Positions 27,906 to 37,030 are shown, counted from the first letter of the stretch. The stretch is DNA of 64,000 bases from Longimicrobiales bacterium (GCA_965249725.1 CBDFMQ010000002.1:1056001-1120000); one strand, 5' to 3'. The notes: generated by a model not told the origin, from the letters alone. Numbers and translations: made by a program.

Positions 27906-28819
27906 CCCACCGCCGCATCTCCCGACGTCTCGAACGCGATGTCGAGCGCACCCTCTTCGGAAAGAGGGTCACCGAGTCGGATGAACCCGGAACCGGTGAG
28001 CAGCACTTCGTCTCGGTGGACCGCGATTTCGTCTTCTCCCGCCCGCCGCACATAGGTACCGTTCGTGCTGTGGTCGACGAGGTAGAAACGGCCGCTGCGT
28101 GCCGTGATCTTCGCATGCTCGCGTGACGCCGACGTACCAGGCACCACCATCGAATTCTCAGCGCCGCGGCCCAGCGTGACCGCCCCGGGTTCCTCGGTCG
28201 TCGTCGTCACGCACCGGTCTGCAAGGCGGAGCTCGAGCGAGGTGCGAGGAATCTCGGCGATCTTTGGAGCGAGCGTGGTGAGCATAGCCGTCTCACCGCG
28301 CCACAGGATCTCGCAAAGATGGACCTGCTTGTCGCGCCCCTTCACAAGGTGTTCGCCGAGGCTACGAAAGAAGATCCCCATTTCCTTCAAGCCCTCGAGG
28401 GTGGCGCCGGTCGTCAGGATCTGGCCCGCCATCGCCTTGTCCACGAGCCGCGACGCGACATTGACTACGTCGCCGAATAGGTCTCCCCTCTCGATCAGAA
28501 CCGGGCCCGCGTTCAGACCGATGCCCACCTGGAGCCTCGTGCCCTCGACCGATGGGCGCGCCAGCAAGTCGCGCTGCATTTCGACTGCCGCCGACACGGC
28601 GTCGAGTGGCGTCGGGAAGGCCGACATGATCTCGTCACCGATCGTCTTGATCACAGAACCGTGGTGGGCGGTCGTGATCACTCCCAGGTCTGCTAAGAGC
28701 GCACCGATGAGCTGCCGACTGTCGGCGTTGCCCAGGCGCTCGGTGATCCCCGTGCTGTCTCGGACATCCGCAAAGAGGATCGTGCGATTCGTATCCCCGG
28801 AGGAGGTCGAGGCCGGCAC
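27902..28819 (-). CDS. Class III adenylate cyclase with C-terminal FHA domain
   Basis: FADVRDST, IKTIGDEIM, GDLFGDVVNVASRL; FHA motifs LGR, SREHA, DHSTNGTY. Confidence 0.9.
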   Translation of the reverse strand: MPASTSSGDTNRTILFADVRDSTGITERLGNADSRQLIGALLADLGVITTAHHGSVIKTIGDEIMSAFPTPLDAVSAAVEMQRDLLARPSVEGTRLQVGIGLNAGPVLIERGDLFGDVVNVASRLVDKAMAGQILTTGATLEGLKEMGIFFRSLGEHLVKGRDKQVHLCEILWRGETAMLTTLAPKIAEIPRTSLELRLADRCVTTTTEEPGAVTLGRGAENSMVVPGTSASREHAKITARSGRFYLVDHSTNGTYVRRAGEDEIAVHRDEVLLTGSGFIRLGDPLSEEGALDIAFETSGDAAVG

Positions 28820-28831
28820 GCTAGGGTGGCG

Positions 28832-29344
28832 TTAGTGCTCGATGATGCGAACTCGAACGGCCTCGCTCGCGTCAACGCGGATGGGACTTCCGTCCCCGGC
28901 ATCCTTCGAGATCGTCACTTCGATGATCGCAGGACCGTCCACATCGTCATCGAGGCGTACAAGCGTGATCGCCGCATCCGCCGGCTTTAGGTCCCACCAC
29001 CCGCCCGTCGCTGCATCCACTATCACTCCGACGAGCCCAAGCAGGATGTCGGCAATCAACGGGCCGACGCGCATGGACTTGATGATGGGAAACTGAGCCT
29101 CCTGATAGCCTTCCTTCCAGACCACGAGCGTGTAGGCGGTTTTGCGGTTCAGGACCAGCGTCGCGGGCGTCGTGAACGAGCCGGTAAGGGGCTCGGTCGT
29201 GAGCCTCGCTTCGGACGGACTCGAGGTAACCGAGATCGTCTTGGTCGTGCCGCCCAAGATCACGCCGCACCCGGAAGAGGACATCGCGAGCGCTAGCGCG
29301 AAACAGTAACGAAGGGCGGTTCCCGCACTGCGGTGGTTTGTCAT
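28832..29344 (-). CDS. PEGA-domain lipoprotein
   Basis: SSGC lipobox; ISVTSSPSEA..TTPATLVL..KEGY; IVDAATG.W; GGAG SD. Confidence 0.75.
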   Translation of the reverse strand: MTNHRSAGTALRYCFALALAMSSSGCGVILGGTTKTISVTSSPSEARLTTEPLTGSFTTPATLVLNRKTAYTLVVWKEGYQEAQFPIIKSMRVGPLIADILLGLVGVIVDAATGGWWDLKPADAAITLVRLDDDVDGPAIIEVTISKDAGDGSPIRVDASEAVRVRIIEH

Positions 29345-29515
29345 GGGATCTCCGATAGCAAGGGGAATCCGGCGCTTCCATGCCCAACCGAACGGAAGGT
29401 AGTCCGGCGGCCACGTTGACGGTAGATCGACCGGAGCCGGGCTGAGCCGGAGCCGGGATGAAATGGAGACTGCTACCGTTGAACGCTCAGTTGCGCCCTG
29501 CTTTCCCCGAATGCG

Positions 29516-29551
29516 CGCGGGTTCGCCGCCCGCCGCCTCCATGCCCACAAC
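29516..29551 (+). repeat. Inverted near-copy of the tmRNA 3' end
   Basis: 29516-29546 matches the reverse complement of 29582-29612 at 29/31 positions, plus 5 more matches after a 2-nt gap. Confidence 0.85.
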
Positions 29552-29585
29552 AAGAAGCCCTCACAACCTGGATGGTTGTGAGGGC
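29549..29585 (-). terminator. Intrinsic terminator of ssrA
   Basis: GCCCTCACAACC-ATCCA-GGTTGTGAGGGC perfect 12-bp stem followed by TTCTTGTT on the minus strand. Confidence 0.75.
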
Positions 29586-29586
29586 A

Positions 29587-29941
29587 TGGAGGCGGCGGGA
29601 GTCGAACCCGCGTCCGCGAATCGATCCTATAGAGCCTCTACGTGCGTAGCGTCACTCAGAATTTCGCCCGGGGCGGCGAGCGAGCAACCGGCCCCCAGAC
29701 TAGCTATCTGAAAATCTCATCTCTCACCAGGACAGCGCTGGTGCGAGACCAGCCCGACTCATCGACGTCTCGTTGACCCGCCTCGGGCGGGCAGATCAGG
29801 AGACGAGCTACGAACCGTAGTTACGCAGCCAATGCCAGATCATTGTTGGCAATTATAAAGTTTCCAGGGGTTTAACGAGGGCCCAGAAACCTCGGCACGC
29901 TACTCTATGTTCACCAAACGCGTCGAAGCCGTGACGCCCCC
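29587..29941 (-). ncRNA. ssrA: Transfer-messenger RNA; tag peptide (A)ANNDLALAA* at 29850-29821
   Basis: 5' GGGGGCGTCACGGCTTCGAC; 3' GACGCGGGTTCGACTCCCGCCGCCTCCA; acceptor stem with G3-U; TATAATT before resume codon GCC; tag ends ALAA; 355 nt; CCA not encoded. Confidence 0.97.
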
Positions 29942-30069
29942 GGTTCCCACGGCCCTTCGGCCGATCCTACGATATCGGTCTCCCGATGACTGCCCTACCC
30001 CGGCTTGGAAGGCCAAGATCCCGCGTCTCGCGACCCGCATGCACTGTTGGCAGCTGCCCCGACGTCTGC

Positions 30070-31071
30070 TCAGGCGGCCTCAGCCCCCTCCATATGACGC
30101 TCCATGTACCCCTGCAGCAGGGTCTCCACATGCGCCAGCGTCGTCACCTGGAACAGTTCGGCGCGTAGCGTCTTACCACCTGGAAGACCCTTGGTGTACC
30201 AACCGAGGTGCTTCCTGAAATCGATCAGGGTGCGCGATGCGTCCCGACCGAACTCGATACCGTTGCGGATGTGTTCCAGGCAGACCTCAAAGCGCTCCTG
30301 CACATCCGGCTCAGGCGGTATGGGTAGGCCATCCAATGCGGCTCGGGCCTGCTCGAAGATCCACGGGTAACCATGGGACCCCCGTGCGACCATCACCCCC
30401 GCGCAGTTCGTCTGCTCCTTCATACGCCTCGCGTCGGCGCCTACGCTCACATCGCCGTTGCCTACAACCGGCACGTCCAACGCCTCCACGAGTGCTGCGA
30501 TTTCGTCCCAGCGGGCACTTCCCGAGTACATGTCCGTGCGTGTTCGGGGATGCAGGGTGACCATCCGAGAGCCGGCATCCTGACACCGAAGCCCGATCGC
30601 TACGGGATCCCTGGACGGCTCGTCATAGCCACTCCGAATCTTCGTCGTCACCGGCAATTCCGTGCTCGCCGCAACGGACTTGATGATGCGCTCCACCAGA
30701 TCCATGTCCCGGAGACAACCCGAGCCCCCGTTTCGCTTTACGATCTTCTTCACCGGACACCCGAAGTTGATGTCGATGAAGTCCGGTCCGAAGAGATCGG
30801 TCACAAGAGCCGCGGCCTCCCCCATCGTCCTCGGATCCGATCCGAAGATCTGAATCCCGATGGACCGTTCGTCTGCGTCGAATCGCAGATGATCGCGGGT
30901 CTGGCGGTTTCCCTGCATGATCCCGTCGGCGCTCACGAACTCTGTAGACACCACGTCGGCGCCGAAGCGGCGGCACAGTCGCCTGAACGGCGACTCACTC
31001 ACGCCCGCCTGGGGCGCGAGGAGAAGTGGGGTCCGGTTGCTCGCAAGGAGCTCGAAGAGATCGTCAGCCAT
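30070..31071 (-). CDS. dusB: tRNA-dihydrouridine synthase B
   Basis: LAP.AG, QIFG, DINFGCPV, TKIRSG, HPRT, GNGDV, VMVARG, RKHLGWY. Confidence 0.93.
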   Translation of the reverse strand: MADDLFELLASNRTPLLLAPQAGVSESPFRRLCRRFGADVVSTEFVSADGIMQGNRQTRDHLRFDADERSIGIQIFGSDPRTMGEAAALVTDLFGPDFIDINFGCPVKKIVKRNGGSGCLRDMDLVERIIKSVAASTELPVTTKIRSGYDEPSRDPVAIGLRCQDAGSRMVTLHPRTRTDMYSGSARWDEIAALVEALDVPVVGNGDVSVGADARRMKEQTNCAGVMVARGSHGYPWIFEQARAALDGLPIPPEPDVQERFEVCLEHIRNGIEFGRDASRTLIDFRKHLGWYTKGLPGGKTLRAELFQVTTLAHVETLLQGYMERHMEGAEAA

Positions 31072-31117
31072 AAGAAGAAAGGTACGATTCGTGCCGAAGG
31101 GGGTGAAGGGTCATGCT

Positions 31118-31146
31118 TTGACAGCCCCGACCTTCGTGGAAATATT
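31118..31146 (+). promoter_or_regulatory. Possible sigma70 promoter of the PTS IIA gene
   Basis: TTGACA-17 bp-AATATT (weak -10). Confidence 0.35.
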
Positions 31147-31207
31147 CAGACTGGTAAAAACAAAGCCAACATACTCGCGAAGGATCGGTCCTTCGGAGGA
31201 TTCAGAT

Positions 31208-31660
31208 ATGAAACTCAGGGAGTTGTTCACCCCCGACGTCGTGAATCTCGACCTCACATCGGGCACGAAGGACGAGACGCTCAAGCAATTGGTCGCTCTC
31301 TTGAGTCTGGACGAGAAGTCGGAGAGCATCCTCTACAAGACCCTCAAACGCCGAGAGAACCTCGGCTCCACCGGCATAGGGCGAGGTATCGCGATTCCCC
31401 ACTGTCGCTCCCTCGTCGTGAGTCGGCTGCGGCTCGCGTATGGCCGCAAGCACGATGGCGTGGAGTTCAAGGCCATCGACGACCAGCCGGTGCACAACTT
31501 CTTCCTGATCGTCGCGCCGCCGCTCGAGGTCTCCAACCAATACCTGCCAGTTCTCGGTAAGATCGCCCAGTTCGCCAAGGACGATGACATCCCGGGGCTC
31601 CTGAAGGACCTGAAGGAGCCCGAGGAGTTCCTCCGGTTGCTCGAGGAGCGGGCTCCCTAA
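31208..31660 (+). CDS. ptsN: PTS IIA component, fructose/mannitol/Ntr family (PtsN-like)
   Basis: RENLGSTGIGRGIAIPHCR, F.AIDDQPV..FFL; GGAGGA SD. Confidence 0.88.
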   Translation: MKLRELFTPDVVNLDLTSGTKDETLKQLVALLSLDEKSESILYKTLKRRENLGSTGIGRGIAIPHCRSLVVSRLRLAYGRKHDGVEFKAIDDQPVHNFFLIVAPPLEVSNQYLPVLGKIAQFAKDDDIPGLLKDLKEPEEFLRLLEERAP

Positions 31661-31683
31661 AAAAAAGCGCCCCGAGGGGCGTT
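31659..31683 (-). terminator. Intrinsic terminator between convergent genes
   Basis: Minus strand AACGCCCCTCGGGCGC followed by a run of T. Confidence 0.75.
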
Positions 31684-31719
31684 CCATGGGAGAACCTCTG
31701 TCCCACATTGGCGGCCCAT

Positions 31720-32160
31720 CTACTTGGTGACGTACATCCTGATGACCGCTCGCTCACCGTTCACGGTCAACTGAACGAAGTAGATGCCCGACGCCACTTT
31801 CCTACCTGCCTGATCCAGGCCGTCCCAGTAGGCCTCGTAACGACCCGGAGTGATGTACTCCAAGTCCACCAGGGGCGTTTGACCGTTGGGGTGACTCAAG
31901 GCGGTGGGAGTAGCCACGAACTGCTGCAGCACGTTGTAGATGCGCACGGATACCACAGCCGTCCGTCCATCTACGAATAACCCCTCGGAAAGCTGGAAGG
32001 GGATTCTCGTTTCAGGATTGAACGGATTGGGGTAGTTCTGACCTAATGTGAATCCGCTCTCCGGTCTTTCGGCGGGCCGTTGCCCTGACACCTGCGCCGA
32101 TAGATCAGCCGCAGTGCCGAAAACCGCGAGAAACAGGAAGACGCAATATCCGCGTCTCAT
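31720..32160 (-). CDS. Small secreted FlgD-Ig/C-terminal-sorting-like domain protein
   Basis: Signal peptide (LSA-Q); LGQNYPNPFNP, IYNV, WDGLD..G..VASGIYF. Confidence 0.82.
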   Translation of the reverse strand: MRRGYCVFLFLAVFGTAADLSAQVSGQRPAERPESGFTLGQNYPNPFNPETRIPFQLSEGLFVDGRTAVVSVRIYNVLQQFVATPTALSHPNGQTPLVDLEYITPGRYEAYWDGLDQAGRKVASGIYFVQLTVNGERAVIRMYVTK

Positions 32161-32238
32161 GTGCACCACCCATGCCGTAGCCGTTGAACTAATAGCCCTC
32201 CAGAGCGCCAGTGCCTGCAACCTCCACAATTGTCTTCA

Positions 32239-32267
32239 ACTATACAGATCGGCGAAAACAGTCGCAA
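32239..32267 (-). promoter_or_regulatory. Sigma70-type promoter
   Basis: Minus strand TTGCGA-17 bp-TATAGT, 78 nt upstream of the start at 32160. Confidence 0.55.
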
Positions 32268-32348
32268 GCATATGTTTCCACCCGTTCGTATAGTGCTGAA
32301 GCCGCTCTTTGGTTCCCCCCGGGGGTGTCCGCGTACTTCGATTTGAAC

Positions 32349-32370
32349 GACTCCCCAAACCTGGGGAGTC
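32349..32370 (-). terminator. Stem-loop just after the selB stop
   Basis: GACTCCCCA/TGGGGAGTC 9-bp stem; weak U-tract. Confidence 0.5.
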
Positions 32371-32373
32371 CGG

Positions 32374-34377
32374 CTACCCCGCAGTAGACCCCGTCTCACC
32401 CACCGGCTTACCCACCGTCTCACCCACCGTCTTACCCACCGTCTCACCCACCGGCTCACCCACCGTCTCACCCACCGACACGACGTCACGACCTGATCCG
32501 TGCCGGATCGTCAGTCCTACTCGGTCGAAGTAGCTGAGAATGGGGATCAGGTGCTTTCTAGTCACGGGCAACACTTCCCGGAAATCGGCTGGTCCCAGCC
32601 CTTTAGCACCGCTTAGTTCCTTTTTTACTTTAGCTATGATCTCCACTATGGCGGAGGCGTCCGTAAAGAACTCCTCATCGAGATTCACGAGACGCTCCTC
32701 CCTCTCAAGCAGCTTCAGGACCGGCCATAGGTCAGGACTCTGCCTTTGTGCTTCCGGGAGCTCTCCCACGGAGGGCGGTGCCAGTCCAGCCTCCCGATAG
32801 ATCTCCAATAGCTGCTCCCGTAGGGCGGCCTGTTGGGGAGTGAACGAGGGTTCGTAGCCCGGCCGAGACACCAAGCCATCCCGGACGGTGATCTGGTTCG
32901 ACCCGGCTGCCTCGTCGAGGAGTAAGTCGGCCAAACGGGCCTCCGCTCGAGTAGGGAGCTTTTGTCGAAGAAGCTCTACGGCGATACCTGCTCTGAGCGG
33001 CTCATCTCTGTGAAAGTCGTCTACCGACTCCTCCAAGACGTTCCGCGCCGCCTCCACGACGGCCGCCCCATACAATTCTCCGGCGGCTTCGCGGGCTCCG
33101 GATTCCAGCACCAGGTCCCGTGCGGACTGTGTCTCGTTCGGTGCAAGCCCGGTGTGAATCGTGACTTCCCCCACGGGGACACCTCTCCAGGCGGCGAGAG
33201 AGAGGATCGAGTTCAAGGAATCAGCGGCATCACCGTGAATGATCGCATGAAGCGCATCCCCCTCCCCCGGGCGAAGCTTCTTCCTCTTGGGCGCCAAGGC
33301 TTCGGCGACGATCCCACCGCCGATGGTGGTGACCGGCGAGTACGACCGAATGACAAGGCGATCACGCGTCCGGGCCAGGAGCGGTCGCTCGAGCCTGAGT
33401 TGGACCCACCCGGACCCGCCGGGAGCGACCTCGCCGCCCTCCAGCGTGACCACCCTGGCCATGACCTCGCTGGTACCAAGGTGGACGCGCACCCGTTGGC
33501 CGTGTTTGACCGTCCAGCCGGTCTCCGGCAGCACCGTAAGGCCCACCGTGAGCATCGATGTCGGCGACCAGCTCTCCTCCAGAACGAGCACCTGCCCCCT
33601 CTCCACGGTCTCGAGGTCGATGTCCGCACCGGTGATCGCCACCGCCGTGCGTTCGCCCGCCTCGGCCCGCTCCACTTGAACACCGTGCACCTGCAAGCCC
33701 CGGATGCGCCCGCTGATTCCTGAAGGCTGGAGCACCACCTTGTCCCCCATAGACAGGCTTCCGCTCCACAGCGTTCCCGTCACGACGGTCCCGGTGCCCT
33801 TTACGGTGAAGGCCCGGTCGATGGGCAGCCGGGCAACGTCCTTGCTCGACCGCTCTCCCACACTTTGCGCCACTCCGCCTAGGGCTTCCACCAGCTCGTC
33901 CCTGCCCTGCAAGGTCACCGTCGAGGTCGGCACGACCGGGGCATTGGCAAAAGGACCTCCGGCCAAGGCTTCAGACACCTCCTCCTGGACCAGGGCGAGC
34001 CACTCGTCCTCGACCAGGTCCGACTTCGTGAGCGCTACCACCATCTGGTCGACACCGAGCAGCCGGACGATGTCCAGGTGTTCCCGTGTCTGCGGCATCA
34101 TGCCCTCATCGGCGGCCACCACCAGAAGGACCAGATCCATTCCGGTGGCACCTGCCAGCATGTTCCGGATGAAGCCCTCGTGTCCCGGGACATCGACGAT
34201 ACCGAGGTGAAGGCCCTCCTGAGGAACGAGTTCCGCGAACCCGAGATCGATCGTGATCCCGCGCGCCTTCTCCTCTTGCAGGCGATCCGTATCGACGCCG
34301 GTGAGGGCCTTCACGAGCGCGGTCTTACCGTGATCGATGTGGCCGGCGGTCCCCAGGATCAGCCGCTTCTCGTTCAT
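32374..34377 (-). CDS. selB: Selenocysteine-specific elongation factor
   Basis: [45 protein letters not shown]; winged-helix tail with TRK..IP.L.YFD. Confidence 0.96.
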   Translation of the reverse strand: MNEKRLILGTAGHIDHGKTALVKALTGVDTDRLQEEKARGITIDLGFAELVPQEGLHLGIVDVPGHEGFIRNMLAGATGMDLVLLVVAADEGMMPQTREHLDIVRLLGVDQMVVALTKSDLVEDEWLALVQEEVSEALAGGPFANAPVVPTSTVTLQGRDELVEALGGVAQSVGERSSKDVARLPIDRAFTVKGTGTVVTGTLWSGSLSMGDKVVLQPSGISGRIRGLQVHGVQVERAEAGERTAVAITGADIDLETVERGQVLVLEESWSPTSMLTVGLTVLPETGWTVKHGQRVRVHLGTSEVMARVVTLEGGEVAPGGSGWVQLRLERPLLARTRDRLVIRSYSPVTTIGGGIVAEALAPKRKKLRPGEGDALHAIIHGDAADSLNSILSLAAWRGVPVGEVTIHTGLAPNETQSARDLVLESGAREAAGELYGAAVVEAARNVLEESVDDFHRDEPLRAGIAVELLRQKLPTRAEARLADLLLDEAAGSNQITVRDGLVSRPGYEPSFTPQQAALREQLLEIYREAGLAPPSVGELPEAQRQSPDLWPVLKLLEREERLVNLDEEFFTDASAIVEIIAKVKKELSGAKGLGPADFREVLPVTRKHLIPILSYFDRVGLTIRHGSGRDVVSVGETVGEPVGETVGKTVGETVGKPVGETGSTAG
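32391..32477. repeat. In-frame 12-bp tandem repeat x7 at the selB 3' end (VG[E/K][T/P])
   Basis: Unit CCG[T/G]CT[C/T]ACCCA; every second unit is invariant. Confidence 0.95.
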
Positions 34378-35207
34378 GACTCGTCCCTGCGATCCGAGTC
34401 CGTGGACCGTACCGCTTCTTCATCGTTCTGCCCCACGTTGACACCCAGGGACGTATCCACGTCGAGCTGTGCCACCGAAGCCAGGAAACGGAAGGACTGT
34501 AGGGGCTTCGATCCCGAGACGTGATACACCGTGAAGTCATGCAGCAACTGGAGATGGGCCTTCGGCTTCGTAATCGGGAGGTCGGTCGGTCCCTCCAGGA
34601 GCGCCTGAAGCTGCTCCCGGGCGCCCGGACCGATCAATGGCCCGGCGATCTCCACGGCGCAGGTCGGACAACGTACTCCCCCCGCCCCGAAGTCGAAGCG
34701 ACCAAGGTCTGAGTCGGTCAGGGGATTTCCACAGTGAACACATGGATCGAGCTGTGGTTGATATCCGAGTGCCGCAACCAGCATCCATCCTTCGTTCAAG
34801 AGGGCCGTCACGACCTGATCGAGCACCACCTCTTCGAGCCGCTCCAAACCGGCCGTGAGGCGGTCGAACACCTCCGGGAGGGGCTCCGATTCTGCATGAG
34901 CCAGCACGAGCTCCGCCAAGACCGAGGCTGCGCCGAAGCGCAGAACGTCCCGACCGAGGCTCTTGCCTCTCTGCCGGGGAGCGAACTCCTTGAAGGTCTG
35001 GAGGTCGCGCGTCGGGCGCACGTAAACGGTCAGGTCACCTCGGGAGAACGTGTCCAGCCCGCTCCGCCCCTGCCCTCCTCCCTTCCGGATTCCTTTCGCC
35101 ATGACCCCCACGAGCCCGAGGTCGAGGGTATAGAGCTGAAGGATGCGGCTCGTCTCACTGTAGTTGAACGAGCGGAGCAGTACCGCGGGGGTGGTCACGA
35201 GGGACAC
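34374..35207 (-). CDS. recO: DNA repair protein RecO
   Basis: A.LLR...YSETS.I..LYT...G....AKG.RK; LGY.P.L..CxxC...GG..CxxC zinc finger; ATGA overlap with selB. Confidence 0.93.
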   Translation of the reverse strand: MSLVTTPAVLLRSFNYSETSRILQLYTLDLGLVGVMAKGIRKGGGQGRSGLDTFSRGDLTVYVRPTRDLQTFKEFAPRQRGKSLGRDVLRFGAASVLAELVLAHAESEPLPEVFDRLTAGLERLEEVVLDQVVTALLNEGWMLVAALGYQPQLDPCVHCGNPLTDSDLGRFDFGAGGVRCPTCAVEIAGPLIGPGAREQLQALLEGPTDLPITKPKAHLQLLHDFTVYHVSGSKPLQSFRFLASVAQLDVDTSLGVNVGQNDEEAVRSTDSDRRDES

Positions 35208-35281
35208 GCTACCGGTCCATTGCGCTCGTGCCGTGCTCCGGGCCAGCCGACACACCTCGGCAACGGGACACTAGAAGACCG

Positions 35282-36394
35282 TCAGCCCTGGACCCGAAGC
35301 CGGGCAATAAGCGCCGCCCGCTCTTCGACCATGGTACGGCGCACCTGGGGGTCCGAGATCGCGTCCAACGACTCGTCGAGGCGCGCTACCTCGAGGATCA
35401 GTCGATCCCGTCCCTCGTTGGGTGGGCCGGCCGCCTGGGTAGCCGAGCCCTTGGGTCTCCAATAGGCCACCAGCCCCGCGGCGCCCAGCAACGTGGCGAT
35501 CAACGCCGCGAAAAGGCCCATGGACGGTCGCCCCTTCTCCGGCTGTTCCTCCAGCGAGATGACGACGTCGCGTAGTCCCGCGCCCGAATAACGGCGGTAC
35601 GTGCTCTCGGTATCCAGAGCCACGACATCGATGGGCTGCAGGCCCGCAACGTCGAGGGTGGGAGCCGGCTCCTTGACCAGGAGTTCCAACGACTCGGTGG
35701 CCCCGGGCGCCGGGAACTCGGCCGCGATCGCAGGAAGCGCATACCGAATGAGAAGCATGCGCTCTCCCGGCGGGAGCGGTGCTCTCACGGAGACCCGGCC
35801 ACCGCCGAAGGTCACCGCGTCCGGAGGGAGATCACCCTGGCCCAGCTCCGGGGATGTCGCGCCAGGAGGAAGGGGATAACTCCAGACCACGCCGTCGTCC
35901 GCCGCCACCAGCGTCCGTTCACCGCTGTTCTGGATCTGGAATAGATCCGTTGCCCGCCATCCGTCGCCCCAACGCTCGAGGAAGATGTTACGGACGTTGA
36001 CGGGAAGAGCGATTCCCTCGGGCGGTGCCTCCTCGGCACCGAAGACCTCGATGACATAGAGGCTGTCGAGTTGCACGGGATCCGTGACCGCCGACCCGAA
36101 ATAGAGGACACCCTCATGCCGGACCGACGCGAACAGTATTTCAGCCTGGGTGCTTACGCTGGGACTCCAAGGCACCACGAACTCGAATCCACCGTCCGGA
36201 GAGACGCTCACGGAATCGACTTCGCCCGCCTCCTCCATGGAGACGCGATGCAGCACCGCGGTACCCGACTCGACGGGGGAGTCACCCTGCATGACCCTAC
36301 CTCGGAGCCGCAACCCGTCCTCTTGGCCCATAGCCGACGATGCATCCAGGGCCAGCCCGAGACAGACGGTCAGTACGGCAAGGAGAGAGCGAAT
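35282..36394 (-). CDS. Hypothetical exported protein with C-terminal TM anchor (probable ATT start)
   Basis: 349-aa ORF from ATG 36331; 21 in-frame upstream codons form a signal peptide starting at ATT with GGAG 9 nt upstream. Confidence 0.7.
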   Translation of the reverse strand: MRSLLAVLTVCLGLALDASSAMGQEDGLRLRGRVMQGDSPVESGTAVLHRVSMEEAGEVDSVSVSPDGGFEFVVPWSPSVSTQAEILFASVRHEGVLYFGSAVTDPVQLDSLYVIEVFGAEEAPPEGIALPVNVRNIFLERWGDGWRATDLFQIQNSGERTLVAADDGVVWSYPLPPGATSPELGQGDLPPDAVTFGGGRVSVRAPLPPGERMLLIRYALPAIAAEFPAPGATESLELLVKEPAPTLDVAGLQPIDVVALDTESTYRRYSGAGLRDVVISLEEQPEKGRPSMGLFAALIATLLGAAGLVAYWRPKGSATQAAGPPNEGRDRLILEVARLDESLDAISDPQVRRTMVEERAALIARLRVQG

Positions 36395-36433
36395 GGTATG
36401 CGACTCCGGTGATGCGTCAGGAACTGCGGAGGG

Positions 36434-36970
36434 TCAGGGCGTGAAGCGTCCGAAATCCTCAGGAGCCAGCTTGCGCAGATACTCCTTGAGTTCCTCCGCC
36501 GCCAGCTTCGGGTCGGTCTCCTGCCAGGGCTCCCCTTCCACTTCCACGACGGGCGAGTCGTCGGAGGTCTCGATCGACATCACCTCCAAGAGCTCCTCGT
36601 GCGCGAAGATCTCCGCCTGCAAGCGGAGGGCAAGCGCGATCGAGTCGGACGGACGCGCGTCGATCGAGATGACCTCGCCGTTGCGGCGAATGATCATCTC
36701 CGCGAAGTACGTGTTCTCCTCGACCCTGCTGATGATCACCTTCTGGAGGGCGCCGCCCAGGCCACCTACAACGGACGCCAGGAGGTCGTGCGTCAACGGG
36801 CGGGGGAACTTCATCTCGGCGAGCTCCATGGCGATGGCACTGGCCTCACCGGGGCCGATCCAGATGGGGAGCACTCGCTCGCCGTCGTTTTCCTGTAGGA
36901 TCACAACCGGGTGGTTGTTCGCCTGATCCAACCGGAGACTCTGTACGCAGACCTGAACCAGCACCGGCAA
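36434..36970 (-). CDS. Bifunctional nuclease family protein (DUF151)
   Basis: LPIWIG..EA.AI, RPLTHDL, IDARPSDSIALALR. Confidence 0.92.
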   Translation of the reverse strand: MPVLVQVCVQSLRLDQANNHPVVILQENDGERVLPIWIGPGEASAIAMELAEMKFPRPLTHDLLASVVGGLGGALQKVIISRVEENTYFAEMIIRRNGEVISIDARPSDSIALALRLQAEIFAHEELLEVMSIETSDDSPVVEVEGEPWQETDPKLAAEELKEYLRKLAPEDFGRFTP

Positions 36971-37030
36971 TCGCCTTGGTCGAGAATTCGGGAACCCCTC
37001 AACGCGAATGTAGGAATACTCCGAAGGTCC

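Noticed and set aside
29465..29541. Possible + strand tRNA (GGAGAC...GCCTCCA, 77 nt)
   Set aside because: The acceptor stem pairs only 5/7, there is no U8, D-arm or anticodon arm, and the T-loop is damaged; it is explained by the inverted tmRNA fragment.
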